A DNA stretch of 42,968 bases, taken from contig JAMCYI010000007.1 of NCBI GenBank assembly GCA_023474215.1, positions 1 through 42,968 of the forward strand. The letters run 5' to 3'. Positions 25,920 to 35,457 of the stretch are shown here, one piece after another. Source of the stretch: Patescibacteria group bacterium (GTDB lineage Bacteria > Patescibacteriota > Minisyncoccia > UBA6257 > GWB1-50-10). The position numbers and the translations under genes are program-made. The notes below the pieces were generated by a model, which had not been told where the DNA came from, did not search any database, and saw only the letters and a list, made by a program, of their open reading frames with translations. The number at the start of each line of letters is the position of its first letter. Within the stretch, counting starts at the first letter, position 1.

Positions 25920-28900
25920 GACCAAATTCGTTCACCTCCACACACACTCGCACTTCTCGCTCTTGGACGGTCTTTCGAAAATCGACGGCATTGTGGAGAA
26001 AGCAAAGAGCTACGGCATGGATGCCGTGGCGATCACGGACCACGGTAACCTCTACGGCGCCGTGGAATTTTATAAGAAAGCGAAAAAAGCCGGCGTGAAG
26101 GCGATCAACGGCGTCGAAGCGTACATCGCGCCGTTCGGGCGACTGAACCGGCGGCCGAAAATGGACGAGCTTCGCTACCACGTGATCCTCCTCGCAAAGA
26201 ACGAAACGGGATGGAAGAATCTCATGAAGCTCGTTACGTCATCCCACCTCGAAGGGTTTTACTACAAGCCGCGCATCGACAAGGAAATTCTCGCGGAGTG
26301 GCACGAGGGGATCATTTGCATCTCGGGATGTTCTTCCGGCGAAATTTCCCGGCTCCTCGCCGCAGGCAAGGCAAAAGAAGCGGAAGAGGTCGCGGGGTGG
26401 TATCAAAACATTTTCGGTGAAGATTTTTACATCGAGCTTCAGCCGCATACGCCGGAGTTGAATCAAAAAGCGATCGCGCTTGCAAAAAAACTCGGCATCG
26501 AGGTCGTTGCAACACAGGACAGCCACTACCTCGACTTGAGCGACAAAACGGAACACGAGATCCTTCTTGCTATCCAAACCAACAATCGCGTGACGGAGGA
26601 TGAACGAATGTCCTTAAAAAACTACGACTTGCATTTCCGGAGCGGCGACGAGATGGCGGAGTTTTTTAAAGACGTTCCCGAAGCGATCGAAAACACCGTG
26701 CGTATCGCCGAAAAATGCGAATGGGAATTCACGCTCGGCAAAACCCATCTTCCCAAATTCCCCCTTCCCGAAGGAAAAACATCGATAGCATACCTCAGGG
26801 AGCTTGTGGACGAACGGATCGGCAAGCACTATCCGGAAGTGACCGACGAAGTGCAGGAAAGGGTCAAAATGGAACTCGGTGTCATCGAGAAAACAGGGTT
26901 TGCCGATTACTTTTTGATCGTCCAGGATTATGTAAATTGGGCGAAAGATCACGGCATCATCGTGGGGCCGGGCCGTGGATCGGCCGCCGGCAGCATTGTT
27001 TCTTACATCCTTGGCATTACGGCGCTCGATCCTATGCGCTATGAGCTCCTTTTTGAAAGATTCTTGAATCCGGACCGCATCCAAGCACCGGACATCGACG
27101 TCGACTTCACCGACCTCCGGCGGGACGAGGTCTTGGCATACGTCAAAGAAAAATACGGGGAAGACCGTGTTGCCCAGATCATCACGTTCGGAATGATGAT
27201 GGCAAAAGCAGCCGTCCGCGACGTCACGCGCGCCTTAGGCTTCCCTTATTCCTTGGGCGACCAAATAGCGAAGCTCATCCCCTTCAACCTCGACCTCAAG
27301 CAATCCCTTGAAACCATCCCCGATCTCAAAAAGATATACGACACAAATCCCGACGCGAAGCGGATCCTTGATTCCGCCGTGAAACTCGAGGGAACGGCGC
27401 GGCACGCATCGGTCCACGCCTGCGGCGTCGTGATCGCACCGGAGCCGCTTGTAAACTTCATGCCCCTTCAGCACGCTCCCCAAAGCGACAATGCGATCTT
27501 GACCCAATTCGAGGGCCATGCCGTCGAAGATCTCGGACTTTTGAAGATGGACTTTTTGGGACTCCGCAATTTAAGCATCATTGAAGAAACGCTCCGCGTC
27601 ATCAAGGAAACCAGGGGCGACGACATCGATATCGAACATCTTCCTTTGGACGACCCCAAAACATTCAAGCTTTTCCAGTCGGCGGAAACCACCGGCATCT
27701 TCCAACTCGAGTCATCCGGCATGCGAAGGTATTTGAAAGAACTCAAACCGACCGAGCTCGAGGACATCATCGTCATGATCTCGCTCTACCGTCCGGGACC
27801 GATGGAACTGATCCCTTCGTATATCAACCGGAAATTCGGCAAGGAAAAAGTCACCTACCTCCATCCGAAATTGGAACCGATCCTCAGAGCCACGTACGGC
27901 GTCGGCGTCTACCAGGAACAAATGATGCGCATTGCGCGCGATCTTGCGGGGTTCACGCTCGCCGAAGCCGATACGCTCCGCAAAGCCATCGGCAAAAAAA
28001 TCAAAGCTCTCCTCGACGAACAGCAGGAAAAACTCGTGAAGGGAATGGTAAAGAACGGCATCGACGAAAAGACTGCACAGGAGATCTGGGAACTCTTCCC
28101 GCCCTTCGCCCGGTACGGCTTCAACCGATCGCATGCAGCATGTTACGCAATGATCAGCTATGAGACCGCCTATCTCAAAGCCCATTACCCGATCGAATTC
28201 GCCGCAAGCTTGCTCAATATTTCCGGAACGGACGTCGAACGGATCAGCTTCCTCATCAACGAGACGAAACGCCTCGGCATCAAGGTGCTGCCGCCGGACA
28301 TCAACTTAAGTTTCGAAAAATTCACCGTCGACGGCGAGAACATCCGCTTCGGCCTCTCGGCCGTGAAAAACGTCGGCGCCCATATCGTGGAAAAGATCAT
28401 CGAGGAGCGCTCGCTCCGCGGCCCGTACGAAGACTTGAGCGATTTTCTCTCAAGAGTGCAAGACCGGGATCTCAACAAAAAATCCCTGGAAAGCCTTGTG
28501 AAGGTCGGGGCTTTCGACTCGTTCAGTTTGGATCGGGGACAGCTTTTGGAAGGCCTCGACGACCTCGTCCGGTTCAATCAAGCCGCCAAGAAGAGCGCTT
28601 CGAGCAACCAAACATTCCTTTTTTCCGGAGAAAAGCAATTCAGCAAAATAAAATTGAAACCCGCAAAACCGGCCGACAAGAAGTCGATGCTCTCGTGGGA
28701 AAAAGAGCTTCTCGGCCTTTATCTCACCGATCATCCCGTGAACGGCCACGTCGCAAAACTCAACTCGAGCGAGCTCATCAAACCCGTCCGGTATGCCCTC
28801 TCGCTCCCCAAGAGCGGCGAGCGGTCCCGCAAGATCATCATGGGGGGCGTCATCACGAAAACGCAAAAGATCGTGACGAAAAACGGACAGCCGATGATGT

Positions 28901-29070
28901 TCGTCACGCTGGAGGATATGTCCGATTCGATAGAACTTTTGGTTTTCAATAGTACTCTCAAAAACAATCCAGACGCCTGGCAGGAAAACAAGGTGGTGAT
29001 GGTGGAAGGATGCATCTCGTGGAAGAACGGCGACACGAAATTCATTTGCGACCGCGTGAAGGAGCTCTGA
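25918..29070 (+). CDS. dnaE: DNA polymerase III alpha subunit
   Basis: HLHTHSHFSLLDG PHP domain, GPGRGSAAGS, PDIDVDF, LLKMDFLGL, YGFNRSH, OB fold. Confidence 0.97.
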   Translation: MTKFVHLHTHSHFSLLDGLSKIDGIVEKAKSYGMDAVAITDHGNLYGAVEFYKKAKKAGVKAINGVEAYIAPFGRLNRRPKMDELRYHVILLAKNETGWKNLMKLVTSSHLEGFYYKPRIDKEILAEWHEGIICISGCSSGEISRLLAAGKAKEAEEVAGWYQNIFGEDFYIELQPHTPELNQKAIALAKKLGIEVVATQDSHYLDLSDKTEHEILLAIQTNNRVTEDERMSLKNYDLHFRSGDEMAEFFKDVPEAIENTVRIAEKCEWEFTLGKTHLPKFPLPEGKTSIAYLRELVDERIGKHYPEVTDEVQERVKMELGVIEKTGFADYFLIVQDYVNWAKDHGIIVGPGRGSAAGSIVSYILGITALDPMRYELLFERFLNPDRIQAPDIDVDFTDLRRDEVLAYVKEKYGEDRVAQIITFGMMMAKAAVRDVTRALGFPYSLGDQIAKLIPFNLDLKQSLETIPDLKKIYDTNPDAKRILDSAVKLEGTARHASVHACGVVIAPEPLVNFMPLQHAPQSDNAILTQFEGHAVEDLGLLKMDFLGLRNLSIIEETLRVIKETRGDDIDIEHLPLDDPKTFKLFQSAETTGIFQLESSGMRRYLKELKPTELEDIIVMISLYRPGPMELIPSYINRKFGKEKVTYLHPKLEPILRATYGVGVYQEQMMRIARDLAGFTLAEADTLRKAIGKKIKALLDEQQEKLVKGMVKNGIDEKTAQEIWELFPPFARYGFNRSHAACYAMISYETAYLKAHYPIEFAASLLNISGTDVERISFLINETKRLGIKVLPPDINLSFEKFTVDGENIRFGLSAVKNVGAHIVEKIIEERSLRGPYEDLSDFLSRVQDRDLNKKSLESLVKVGAFDSFSLDRGQLLEGLDDLVRFNQAAKKSASSNQTFLFSGEKQFSKIKLKPAKPADKKSMLSWEKELLGLYLTDHPVNGHVAKLNSSELIKPVRYALSLPKSGERSRKIIMGGVITKTQKIVTKNGQPMMFVTLEDMSDSIELLVFNSTLKNNPDAWQENKVVMVEGCISWKNGDTKFICDRVKEL

Positions 29071-29073
29071 GGC

Positions 29074-29150
29074 GCAACGAATATCCCCTCGCTCAGGCTG
29101 TCTCCGGGGCGACGCCCAAGTCTTAGCCTTCGCGAAGGAATATTCGTTGC
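29074..29150 (-). other. Long intergenic stem-loop after dnaE
   Basis: Minus strand GCAACGAATATTCCTTCGC-GA-AGGCT...AGCCT-GA-GCGAGGGGATATTCGTTGC, with G-T pairs and a tandem GA loop. Confidence 0.7.
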
Positions 29151-29236
29151 TCTCTCTATCATTATTATTGGAAAATCCTTCGGGCAATGTGCGCGGGAGG
29201 TTCTTCTTATTGTTAGTATTGTTAGTAAAAGGATAG

Positions 29237-29265
29237 TTGACAGGGAATGATAAACGTGATAGAAT
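29237..29265 (+). promoter_or_regulatory. Sigma70 promoter
   Basis: TTGACA-N17-TAGAAT with extended TG. Confidence 0.8.
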
Positions 29266-29364
29266 AGCGACCATTGATTGCTGGGTATTTTCTTTTTTAT
29301 CCGGAAATCAAGAGGGGTTAGTTCTTTGTCATATTTATTCACATATAACAGAAAGGAATACGCC

Positions 29365-29805
29365 ATGTTGGTAGTATTTTTTATTATCGTTGCACTCGTC
29401 ATCGGTTACTACGCAGGAAAGAAGATCAATCAACCTCTTCCCATCGCCGTTGATCTTCAAACATTCGAACGCATGTTCGACAATCTCAATGGCCAAGCCG
29501 ACGGCGCTGGATCTATCGTTGTTCAAACCACCAAGCAGCTCACGGCAGCATCGCGAGGCAGAATGGTTTTTTCCGCTCCTGCGGAAGCCAAAAAGGCTGA
29601 ACAGGAAGCGCTTACATCAGCTGAGCTGAATGAAAATTCAGCGAAAAGCGTGGTGGAGAACAGCGAGCAGACAGCCCGCAGTCTTGAGCAGCAGGCTCAA
29701 GATGTCCGGAAAAGCGGCAAAGTGAGAGCAGAGTCGATGAAACGTCTAGCCCAAGGACAGCGCACCAGAGCGGCAAAGCTTCAGGGCATGCAGCAATATA
29801 TGTAA
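29365..29805 (+). CDS. Hypothetical membrane-anchored coiled-coil protein
   Basis: SD AAGGA, N-terminal TM MLVVFFIIVALVIGYYAG, A/E/Q/K-rich helical tail; has its own promoter and terminator. Confidence 0.75.
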   Translation: MLVVFFIIVALVIGYYAGKKINQPLPIAVDLQTFERMFDNLNGQADGAGSIVVQTTKQLTAASRGRMVFSAPAEAKKAEQEALTSAELNENSAKSVVENSEQTARSLEQQAQDVRKSGKVRAESMKRLAQGQRTRAAKLQGMQQYM

Positions 29806-29832
29806 ACTCCAGGGCATTCATCTTGCCCATCC

Positions 29833-29873
29833 AACCCCGCACGACATTCGTCGTTGCGGGGTTGATTTCTTTT
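29833..29873 (+). terminator. Rho-independent terminator
   Basis: CAACCCCGCA..CGAC-ATTC-GTCG..TGCGGGGTTG followed by ATTTCTTTT. Confidence 0.7.
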
Positions 29874-29890
29874 CCCTATAATACCCCTAT

Positions 29891-31711
29891 ATGGCAAAAC
29901 TCGAGAAAATAGAGGAAATACGGCACTCGCTCGCGCACTTGCTTGCAGCAGCGGTTTTGAAAAAATTCCCGAAAGCGAAACTCGGCATCGGCCCTGTCAT
30001 CGAAAATGGCTTTTATTACGACTTCAAGCTCCCCCGCCCGCTGACGGAGGCTGATCTCAAGGAATTGGAGCACACGATGCGCGCTCTCATCATGGAGAAA
30101 CTCCCGTTCTCCGGCAAGAAGATCACTCCGGCCGCGGCGAAGAAATTATTCAAAGACCAGCCTTTCAAATTGGATCTCATTAAAGATTTTCAAAAAGAAA
30201 GAAAACCCCTTACCGTATACGAAACGGGCTTCCCTCCGAGCAAAAAATCTAAACCCAATACCCTATCCCCTAAACCCTATTTCGTGGACCTCTGCCGCGG
30301 CGGCCACGTGAAGAATACGTCGGAGATTAATACCGACAGCTTCAAACTGACGTCGATCGCCGGAGCCTATTGGCGCGGCGACGAGAAAAACCCCCAACTC
30401 CAGCGGATCTACGGCGCGGCGTTCATAACAAAAAAAGAACTCGACGAGTACTTCGCCATGCTCGAAGAGGCCAAACGGCGCGATCACAAGAAACTCGGCG
30501 TTGATCTCGACCTCTTCACGTTCTCCGATCTCGTTGGCGCGGGGCTACCCCTCTGGACGCCGCGGGGCACGCTCGTCCGGAACCTGCTCGATAATTTCGT
30601 CTGGGAACTCCGCAAGAGGGTTGGCTACGAGCAAGTGGACATCCCTCACATCACAAAGAAAGACCTCTACGAGCGGAGCGGCCATTGGGAGAAATTCAAG
30701 GATGACCTCTTCAAGATCCAAACCCGCGAAGGACACCTCTTCGCTATGAAACCAATGAACTGTCCCCACCACACGCAAATCTACGCCCGAAAGCCCTGGA
30801 GTTATCGCGATCTTCCCCAGCGCTACGCCAATACCACCAAGGTATACCGCGACGAGCAGACGGGCGAACTTGCCGGCCTCTCGCGCGTCCGCGCCATCAC
30901 CCAGGACGATGCCCACGTTTTCTGCCGACTTTCGCAGACCAAGGAGGAATTCCTGAAGATCTGGGACATCGTCCAAACCTTCTACGGATCGTTCGGGTTC
31001 AAACTCAGAATCCGCGTCTCGACGCACGATCCAAAACATCCGGAAAAATATCTCGGCGACAAGAAAAAATGGAAATTCGCCGAGGATATGCTCTATGAAA
31101 TAGCGAGATCGAAGAGGGCCGATACATTCGACGGCATCGGCGAAGCTGCTTTTTACGGCCCCAAGCTCGACTTCATGGCGAAGGACTCGCTCGGCCGCGA
31201 GTGGCAGGTTGCGACTATCCAGCTCGACGTCAATATGCCCGACCGCTTCGATCTCACCTGCACGAACGAGGAAGGCAAACCGGAACGGATCGTCATGATC
31301 CACGCAGCCATCATGGGTTCCATTGAGCGGTTTTTGTCAGTCATCATTGAACACTTGGCCGGCGATTTCCCGGTCTGGCTTTCTCCCATCCAAGCGCGCA
31401 TAATCCCGATCTCGGAAAAGCATCTCAAATATGCGGAAGAATTGCGGAAGAAAATGAAGGAGCAAAATCTCCGCATCGACATCGCTTCGACCGGCGAAAC
31501 GCTCAGCAAGAACATCCGCCAAGGAGAATTGGAAAAGATCCCCTACCTCCTCGTCGTCGGCGACAAAGAAATCGAGGCTAAATCAGTAAATGTCCGTGAG
31601 CGCCACAAAAAAGAAACCTCGACCGTTCCGATCGAGAAATTCATAGAAAAGATAAAGAAAGAAGACGAGGAAAAAAATAGAGGAGAAGAAAACATTCGAG
31701 GTGGTGCATAG
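29891..31711 (+). CDS. thrS: Threonine--tRNA ligase (no TGS domain; low-complexity insertion in the editing domain)
   Basis: RHSLAH, DLCRGGH, GAYWRG, RDHKKLG, KPMNCP, QDDAH, AFYGPK, GSIERF. Confidence 0.97.
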   Translation: MAKLEKIEEIRHSLAHLLAAAVLKKFPKAKLGIGPVIENGFYYDFKLPRPLTEADLKELEHTMRALIMEKLPFSGKKITPAAAKKLFKDQPFKLDLIKDFQKERKPLTVYETGFPPSKKSKPNTLSPKPYFVDLCRGGHVKNTSEINTDSFKLTSIAGAYWRGDEKNPQLQRIYGAAFITKKELDEYFAMLEEAKRRDHKKLGVDLDLFTFSDLVGAGLPLWTPRGTLVRNLLDNFVWELRKRVGYEQVDIPHITKKDLYERSGHWEKFKDDLFKIQTREGHLFAMKPMNCPHHTQIYARKPWSYRDLPQRYANTTKVYRDEQTGELAGLSRVRAITQDDAHVFCRLSQTKEEFLKIWDIVQTFYGSFGFKLRIRVSTHDPKHPEKYLGDKKKWKFAEDMLYEIARSKRADTFDGIGEAAFYGPKLDFMAKDSLGREWQVATIQLDVNMPDRFDLTCTNEEGKPERIVMIHAAIMGSIERFLSVIIEHLAGDFPVWLSPIQARIIPISEKHLKYAEELRKKMKEQNLRIDIASTGETLSKNIRQGELEKIPYLLVVGDKEIEAKSVNVRERHKKETSTVPIEKFIEKIKKEDEEKNRGEENIRGGA

Positions 31712-31731
31712 AGAGTACCACCTCGTTTTTT
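31697..31731 (+). terminator. Rho-independent terminator overlapping the thrS stop codon
   Basis: CGAGGTGGTGC-ATAGAGA-GTACCACCTCG followed by TTTTTT. Confidence 0.8.
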
Positions 31732-31739
31732 GAAACCTT

Positions 31740-31910
31740 TTAATCGTCGACTCGCCGCGGTCCCGGCATTTCGGAAGAACCGACGAGTTCTTCTTCGAGC
31801 CCGTCATCCGGCGGCGAAGTGACTTCTTTTGCCACATGCCAACTGACCACCGTGGCAAGGACGATGGTCGGCGCAAGGACGAGGCCGACAACAAGTAACA
31901 ACCTTTTCAT
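31740..31910 (-). CDS. Small (56 aa) secreted or membrane protein absent from the ORF track
   Basis: GGAGG SD 5 nt before ATG; MKRLLLVVGLVLAPTIVLATVVSWHVAKEVTSPPDDGLEEELVGSSEMPGPRRVDD*. Confidence 0.7.
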   Translation of the reverse strand: MKRLLLVVGLVLAPTIVLATVVSWHVAKEVTSPPDDGLEEELVGSSEMPGPRRVDD

Positions 31911-31969
31911 GACTGCCTCCGGTTTTTAGTGTGCAGCTTGTTTTAAAATAATATACAATCGTACTTACC

Positions 31970-32875
31970 ATGAGTCAAGAAGGGGAAAAACTGCTGGTTA
32001 TTGTTGGGCCGACCGCCTCCGGCAAGAGCGCCCTTGCGGCCGCCCTAGCAAAAAAACTGAATGGTGAGATCGTATCGGCCGACTCCCGGCAAGTGTATCG
32101 TGGCCTCGAGATCGGTTCGAATTATCCGACAAAAACGGAATTGAAAGCCGTCCCCCATCATCTGGTCGGCTTCGTGGACCCGAAAAAAACGTTCACTGTT
32201 GCCGAATACCAAAAGAAAGCAAGGAAAACGATCGATGACATTTGGAAACGGCATAAATTGCCAATCCTCGTCGGCGGCACCGGTTTTTACATCCAAGCTG
32301 TTGTCGACGGAACCGTCATGCCCGAAGTGCCGCCGAATGAAACGTTACGAGGGAAGCTCAAAGCGAAATCGACCGAAGAGCTCGCCAACATGCTGCGGAA
32401 CAAGGACAAAAAGCGCTGGGAAACCGTCGATCGGCGGAACCCACGGCGCCTCGTCCGCGCGATCGAAATCGCAACGGTTCTCGGCAAGGTGCCCGCTCCG
32501 CGATCGAATCCGATCAAGGCCGACGTGACAATGATCGGCATCGATCCGGAGAAAGAGCTTCTTGAAACCGCCATCAAGAAAAGATCCCGAGGGATGGTGC
32601 ACAGCGGATTTATTCATGAAGTCAAAATGCTCCTCAAGGACGGCATCAAGGAGGAAAAGATGCAGGAACTGGGATTTGAGTATCAGGCCGCTCTCCGCTA
32701 CCTCAAAGGAGAAATTAAATCGAAACGGGAACTTGAGAACGAAATATCGAAAATGACGTTGCAATACGTGAAACGACAAATGACCTGGTTCCGTAAGGAT
32801 TCCCGCATCATCTGGGTACGCAGTTCCAATGAGATTTTATCCGTAGTTCAGCAATTCCTTAAAAAGAAATCTTAA
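31970..32875 (+). CDS. miaA: tRNA dimethylallyltransferase
   Basis: GPTASGKS, SADSRQVYRG, PHHL, VGGTGFY, NPRRLVRAIE, YVKRQMTWFR. Confidence 0.96.
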   Translation: MSQEGEKLLVIVGPTASGKSALAAALAKKLNGEIVSADSRQVYRGLEIGSNYPTKTELKAVPHHLVGFVDPKKTFTVAEYQKKARKTIDDIWKRHKLPILVGGTGFYIQAVVDGTVMPEVPPNETLRGKLKAKSTEELANMLRNKDKKRWETVDRRNPRRLVRAIEIATVLGKVPAPRSNPIKADVTMIGIDPEKELLETAIKKRSRGMVHSGFIHEVKMLLKDGIKEEKMQELGFEYQAALRYLKGEIKSKRELENEISKMTLQYVKRQMTWFRKDSRIIWVRSSNEILSVVQQFLKKKS

Positions 32876-33003
32876 TTTCAAAATCCTAAATCCTAAATAA
32901 ATCCCAAGGCGCCAAATGCCAAATTCAAAACACGCGTTTTGGTCATTGGAATCTTGGATTTCGGCATTGTTTAGGATTTAGTGCTTAGAATTTAGAATTT
33001 ATT
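32866..33003 (+). repeat. Heptamer-periodic palindromic repeat, copy B
   Basis: Homolog of copy A; shares TTTTGGTCATTG and TTGTTTAGGATTTAGTGCTTAG. Confidence 0.85.
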
Positions 33004-33031
33004 TGACTTTGACCTCCTCCTATACTAAAAT
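33003..33031 (+). promoter_or_regulatory. Sigma70 promoter of rpmF-nusB
   Basis: TTGACT-N17-TAAAAT. Confidence 0.65.
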
Positions 33032-33045
33032 AAGGTTAAACTACT

Positions 33046-33246
33046 ATGGGTGGCGTACCTACCAAACATCATTCAAAATCGAAGGTCGGCAGACGGCGTT
33101 CACAGCTCGGCATGAAGAAGGTGAACGTCATCCCCTGCCCCGAGTGCGGGGGACCGGCACTACCGCACAAGATTTGTCCGCAATGCGGAACGTACGTGAA
33201 AGTTGCAAAATCCAAGCCGCAGACCTCGAGCACAACGCAACAATAA
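33046..33246 (+). CDS. rpmF: 50S ribosomal protein L32
   Basis: VP....SK...RRR, CPECG...[11 protein letters not shown]. Confidence 0.95.
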   Translation: MGGVPTKHHSKSKVGRRRSQLGMKKVNVIPCPECGGPALPHKICPQCGTYVKVAKSKPQTSSTTQQ

Positions 33247-33250
33247 GAGC

Positions 33251-33685
33251 ATGGCGACGCGCCATTTAGCCCGCACGATTGTCCTCCAATCACTCTACGA
33301 GTGGGATTTTTACGGTAAAAAAACTGATCTCGCCGAAATCCTCGACCGGAACTTGAACGAGTTCGGCCCCGGCATCGATGAACCGGAATTCGCGTGGCGG
33401 CTTATGAAAGGCGTCATTGAACATCTCCCCCAAATTGACGAATTCATCCGGACCTACGCCAGCGAATGGCCGCTCGAACAGATCGCCATTGTCGACCGAA
33501 ACATCCTCCGTATCGGACTCTACGAACTCATCTACGCGGATAAGAACGAGGTGCCGCCGAAAGTCGCCATCAACGAAGCGATAGAAATAGCCAAGAACTA
33601 CAGCGGCCAGAATTCTCCCCGGTTCATCAACGGCGTTTTGGGAACTGTTTATAAGGAAATGGAAGAGGGGAAGATCAAGCCTTGA
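33251..33685 (+). CDS. nusB: Transcription antitermination factor NusB
   Basis: [36 protein letters not shown]. Confidence 0.95.
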   Translation: MATRHLARTIVLQSLYEWDFYGKKTDLAEILDRNLNEFGPGIDEPEFAWRLMKGVIEHLPQIDEFIRTYASEWPLEQIAIVDRNILRIGLYELIYADKNEVPPKVAINEAIEIAKNYSGQNSPRFINGVLGTVYKEMEEGKIKP

Positions 33686-34361
33686 GAACTTTCTGAATCT
33701 CTTTCCATACTTTCTCGTGTACCTCCTCGATCGTGAGGAGTTTTTTGTTTGGGGCGCACCGAACCACTCTGAAATCGCGGGGGAATAATTTTGCCATTTC
33801 GAGGTATGTTTCCTCGGCCCTTCTCAAATGCGATCTGTCCTTCTCATGAATATCCCGTCTCTTTCCTTTGAGATACCCCCTTGAGTGCTTTCGGCTGATA
33901 AGGGTGTATGCCATTTCGGCCGGCACATGAAGAATGAGGGAAATATTCGGCTTCGGGATACCCATAACGCCGTACTCGAAATCGCGAACCCACTGAAGAT
34001 AATCCTTCCTCTTCTGAGCGTCATCTATCTTGGCTCCCTGATGTCCCATATTCGACGGCACGTAGCGGTTCGAGATCACCACCCGACCCTCATCAATCCA
34101 CTTTTTGATCTTCGGCCCCACATCGAATCGGTCCAGGGCATAGAAAACCGATGCCTTGTAGGGACCAACTTCTCGCCAACCGCCGTAGCGACCGTTCAGA
34201 TACTGCTCCACAAAAAAAGCCGACGGCTTGCCGTACTGGGGAAAATCGAACGTCGCAATCCTGAAACCCTCGCGCTTCAATCGGCGGAGAAGAAGCTTGA
34301 ATTGTTCCCCCTTTCCCGATCCGTCGATCCCTTCGATTGCGATGAATTTCCCTTTTTTCAT
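33675..34361 (-). CDS. tmk: Thymidylate kinase
   Basis: [30 protein letters not shown]. Confidence 0.9.
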   Translation of the reverse strand: MKKGKFIAIEGIDGSGKGEQFKLLLRRLKREGFRIATFDFPQYGKPSAFFVEQYLNGRYGGWREVGPYKASVFYALDRFDVGPKIKKWIDEGRVVISNRYVPSNMGHQGAKIDDAQKRKDYLQWVRDFEYGVMGIPKPNISLILHVPAEMAYTLISRKHSRGYLKGKRRDIHEKDRSHLRRAEETYLEMAKLFPRDFRVVRCAPNKKLLTIEEVHEKVWKEIQKVLKA

Positions 34362-34376
34362 AATCTCATTATAAAC

Positions 34377-34401
34377 AAAAAACGGGCCCGAGGCCCGTTT
34401 T
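34377..34401 (-). terminator. Rho-independent terminator directly after rplK
   Basis: AAAACGGGCC-TC-GGGCCCGTTTTTTG on the minus strand. Confidence 0.8.
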
Positions 34402-34404
34402 CCT

Positions 34405-34830
34405 TTAATCGATGATCTCTATCCCCATGTTCTTCGCGGTGCCCGCGATGATCTTCATCGCTGACTCCACGTCGTTCGCATTCAAATCCACCATCTTCTT
34501 TTCGGCGATCGCCCGAAGGTCTTCGCGCGTTACTCTGCCGACCGCCTTCCTTCCGGGTTCAGCGGAAGCTTTTTCGAGGCCGGCAGCTTTCTTCAAAAGA
34601 GCCGATGCCGGAGGTGTTTTCAGCTTGAAATCAAAAGAACGATCCTCGTAGATGGTGATCTCAGCCGGAATGACATCGCCCCGCATATCTTTCGTTGCCT
34701 CATTGAACTGAGCCACGAACGCGCCGATATTGACGCCGTGCTGGCCGAGCGCCGGACCGATTGGCGGCGCCGGAGTCGCTTCACCGGCCTTGATCTGTAA
34801 TTTTAACGTTGTTTTAATTGGTTTTGCCAT
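34405..34830 (-). CDS. rplK: 50S ribosomal protein L11
   Basis: [26 protein letters not shown]...[10 protein letters not shown]. Confidence 0.97.
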   Translation of the reverse strand: MAKPIKTTLKLQIKAGEATPAPPIGPALGQHGVNIGAFVAQFNEATKDMRGDVIPAEITIYEDRSFDFKLKTPPASALLKKAAGLEKASAEPGRKAVGRVTREDLRAIAEKKMVDLNANDVESAMKIIAGTAKNMGIEIID

Positions 34831-34897
34831 ATTAGTATTTTGTATTTTGTAGTTAGTATTTAGTATACGAAATACCAAATACTGTATACTACCTACT
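34831..34897. repeat. Heptamer-periodic AT-rich palindromic tract between nusG and rplK
   Basis: TAGTATT/TTGTATT units followed by AATACCA/AATACTG units. Confidence 0.7.
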
Positions 34898-34900
34898 CGT

Positions 34901-35455
34901 CTATAATTTTCTGACCTGCAAAGAGTCCAGTTCGACAACCGTATCTCTTCCGAATATCGGAACGAGCACCTTAATCCTCCCCCGCTCGTCATCGATTTCG
35001 GAAATCCTCCCTTCCTGATCCTTGAACGGTCCGTCGGTTATTTTTACCATTTCATCGACTTTGAAGTCAACTTTGAATTTCGGCTCCTGTCCGCCCATCC
35101 GCATCATAAGCTCATCAACCTCGTTCTTGGAAAGCGGCGTCGGCTTCGTTGAATCGGCCCCGACGAATCCGGTGACGCGCGGCGTATTCCTCACCACGTA
35201 CCACGAATCGTTGTCCAAGACCATATGGACGAGAACATAGCCGGGATAAATTTTTTCCTCCGTCTTTTGCCGTTTGCCGTTTCTGATCTTGATCTTCACC
35301 TCTTTCGGCACTACGACATCAAAGATCTTGTCGGTCATGCCAAGCGACGATATCCTCTGTTTCAGGTATTTCGCCACTGCATCCTCGTAGCCTGAATAGG
35401 TATGCACCGCATACCAAGCCTTATTTCTTTGGGTTGTATCTTTTTCCGGTTCCAT
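34901..35455 (-). CDS. nusG: Transcription termination/antitermination factor NusG
   Basis: [33 protein letters not shown] motif DGPF. Confidence 0.97.
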   Translation of the reverse strand: MEPEKDTTQRNKAWYAVHTYSGYEDAVAKYLKQRISSLGMTDKIFDVVVPKEVKIKIRNGKRQKTEEKIYPGYVLVHMVLDNDSWYVVRNTPRVTGFVGADSTKPTPLSKNEVDELMMRMGGQEPKFKVDFKVDEMVKITDGPFKDQEGRISEIDDERGRIKVLVPIFGRDTVVELDSLQVRKL

Positions 35456-35457
35456 TC

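Noticed and set aside
25918-29070. Intein in DnaE (also checked RpoB and RpoC)
   Set aside because: Lengths are normal and no intein splice-junction or LAGLIDADG blocks were seen.
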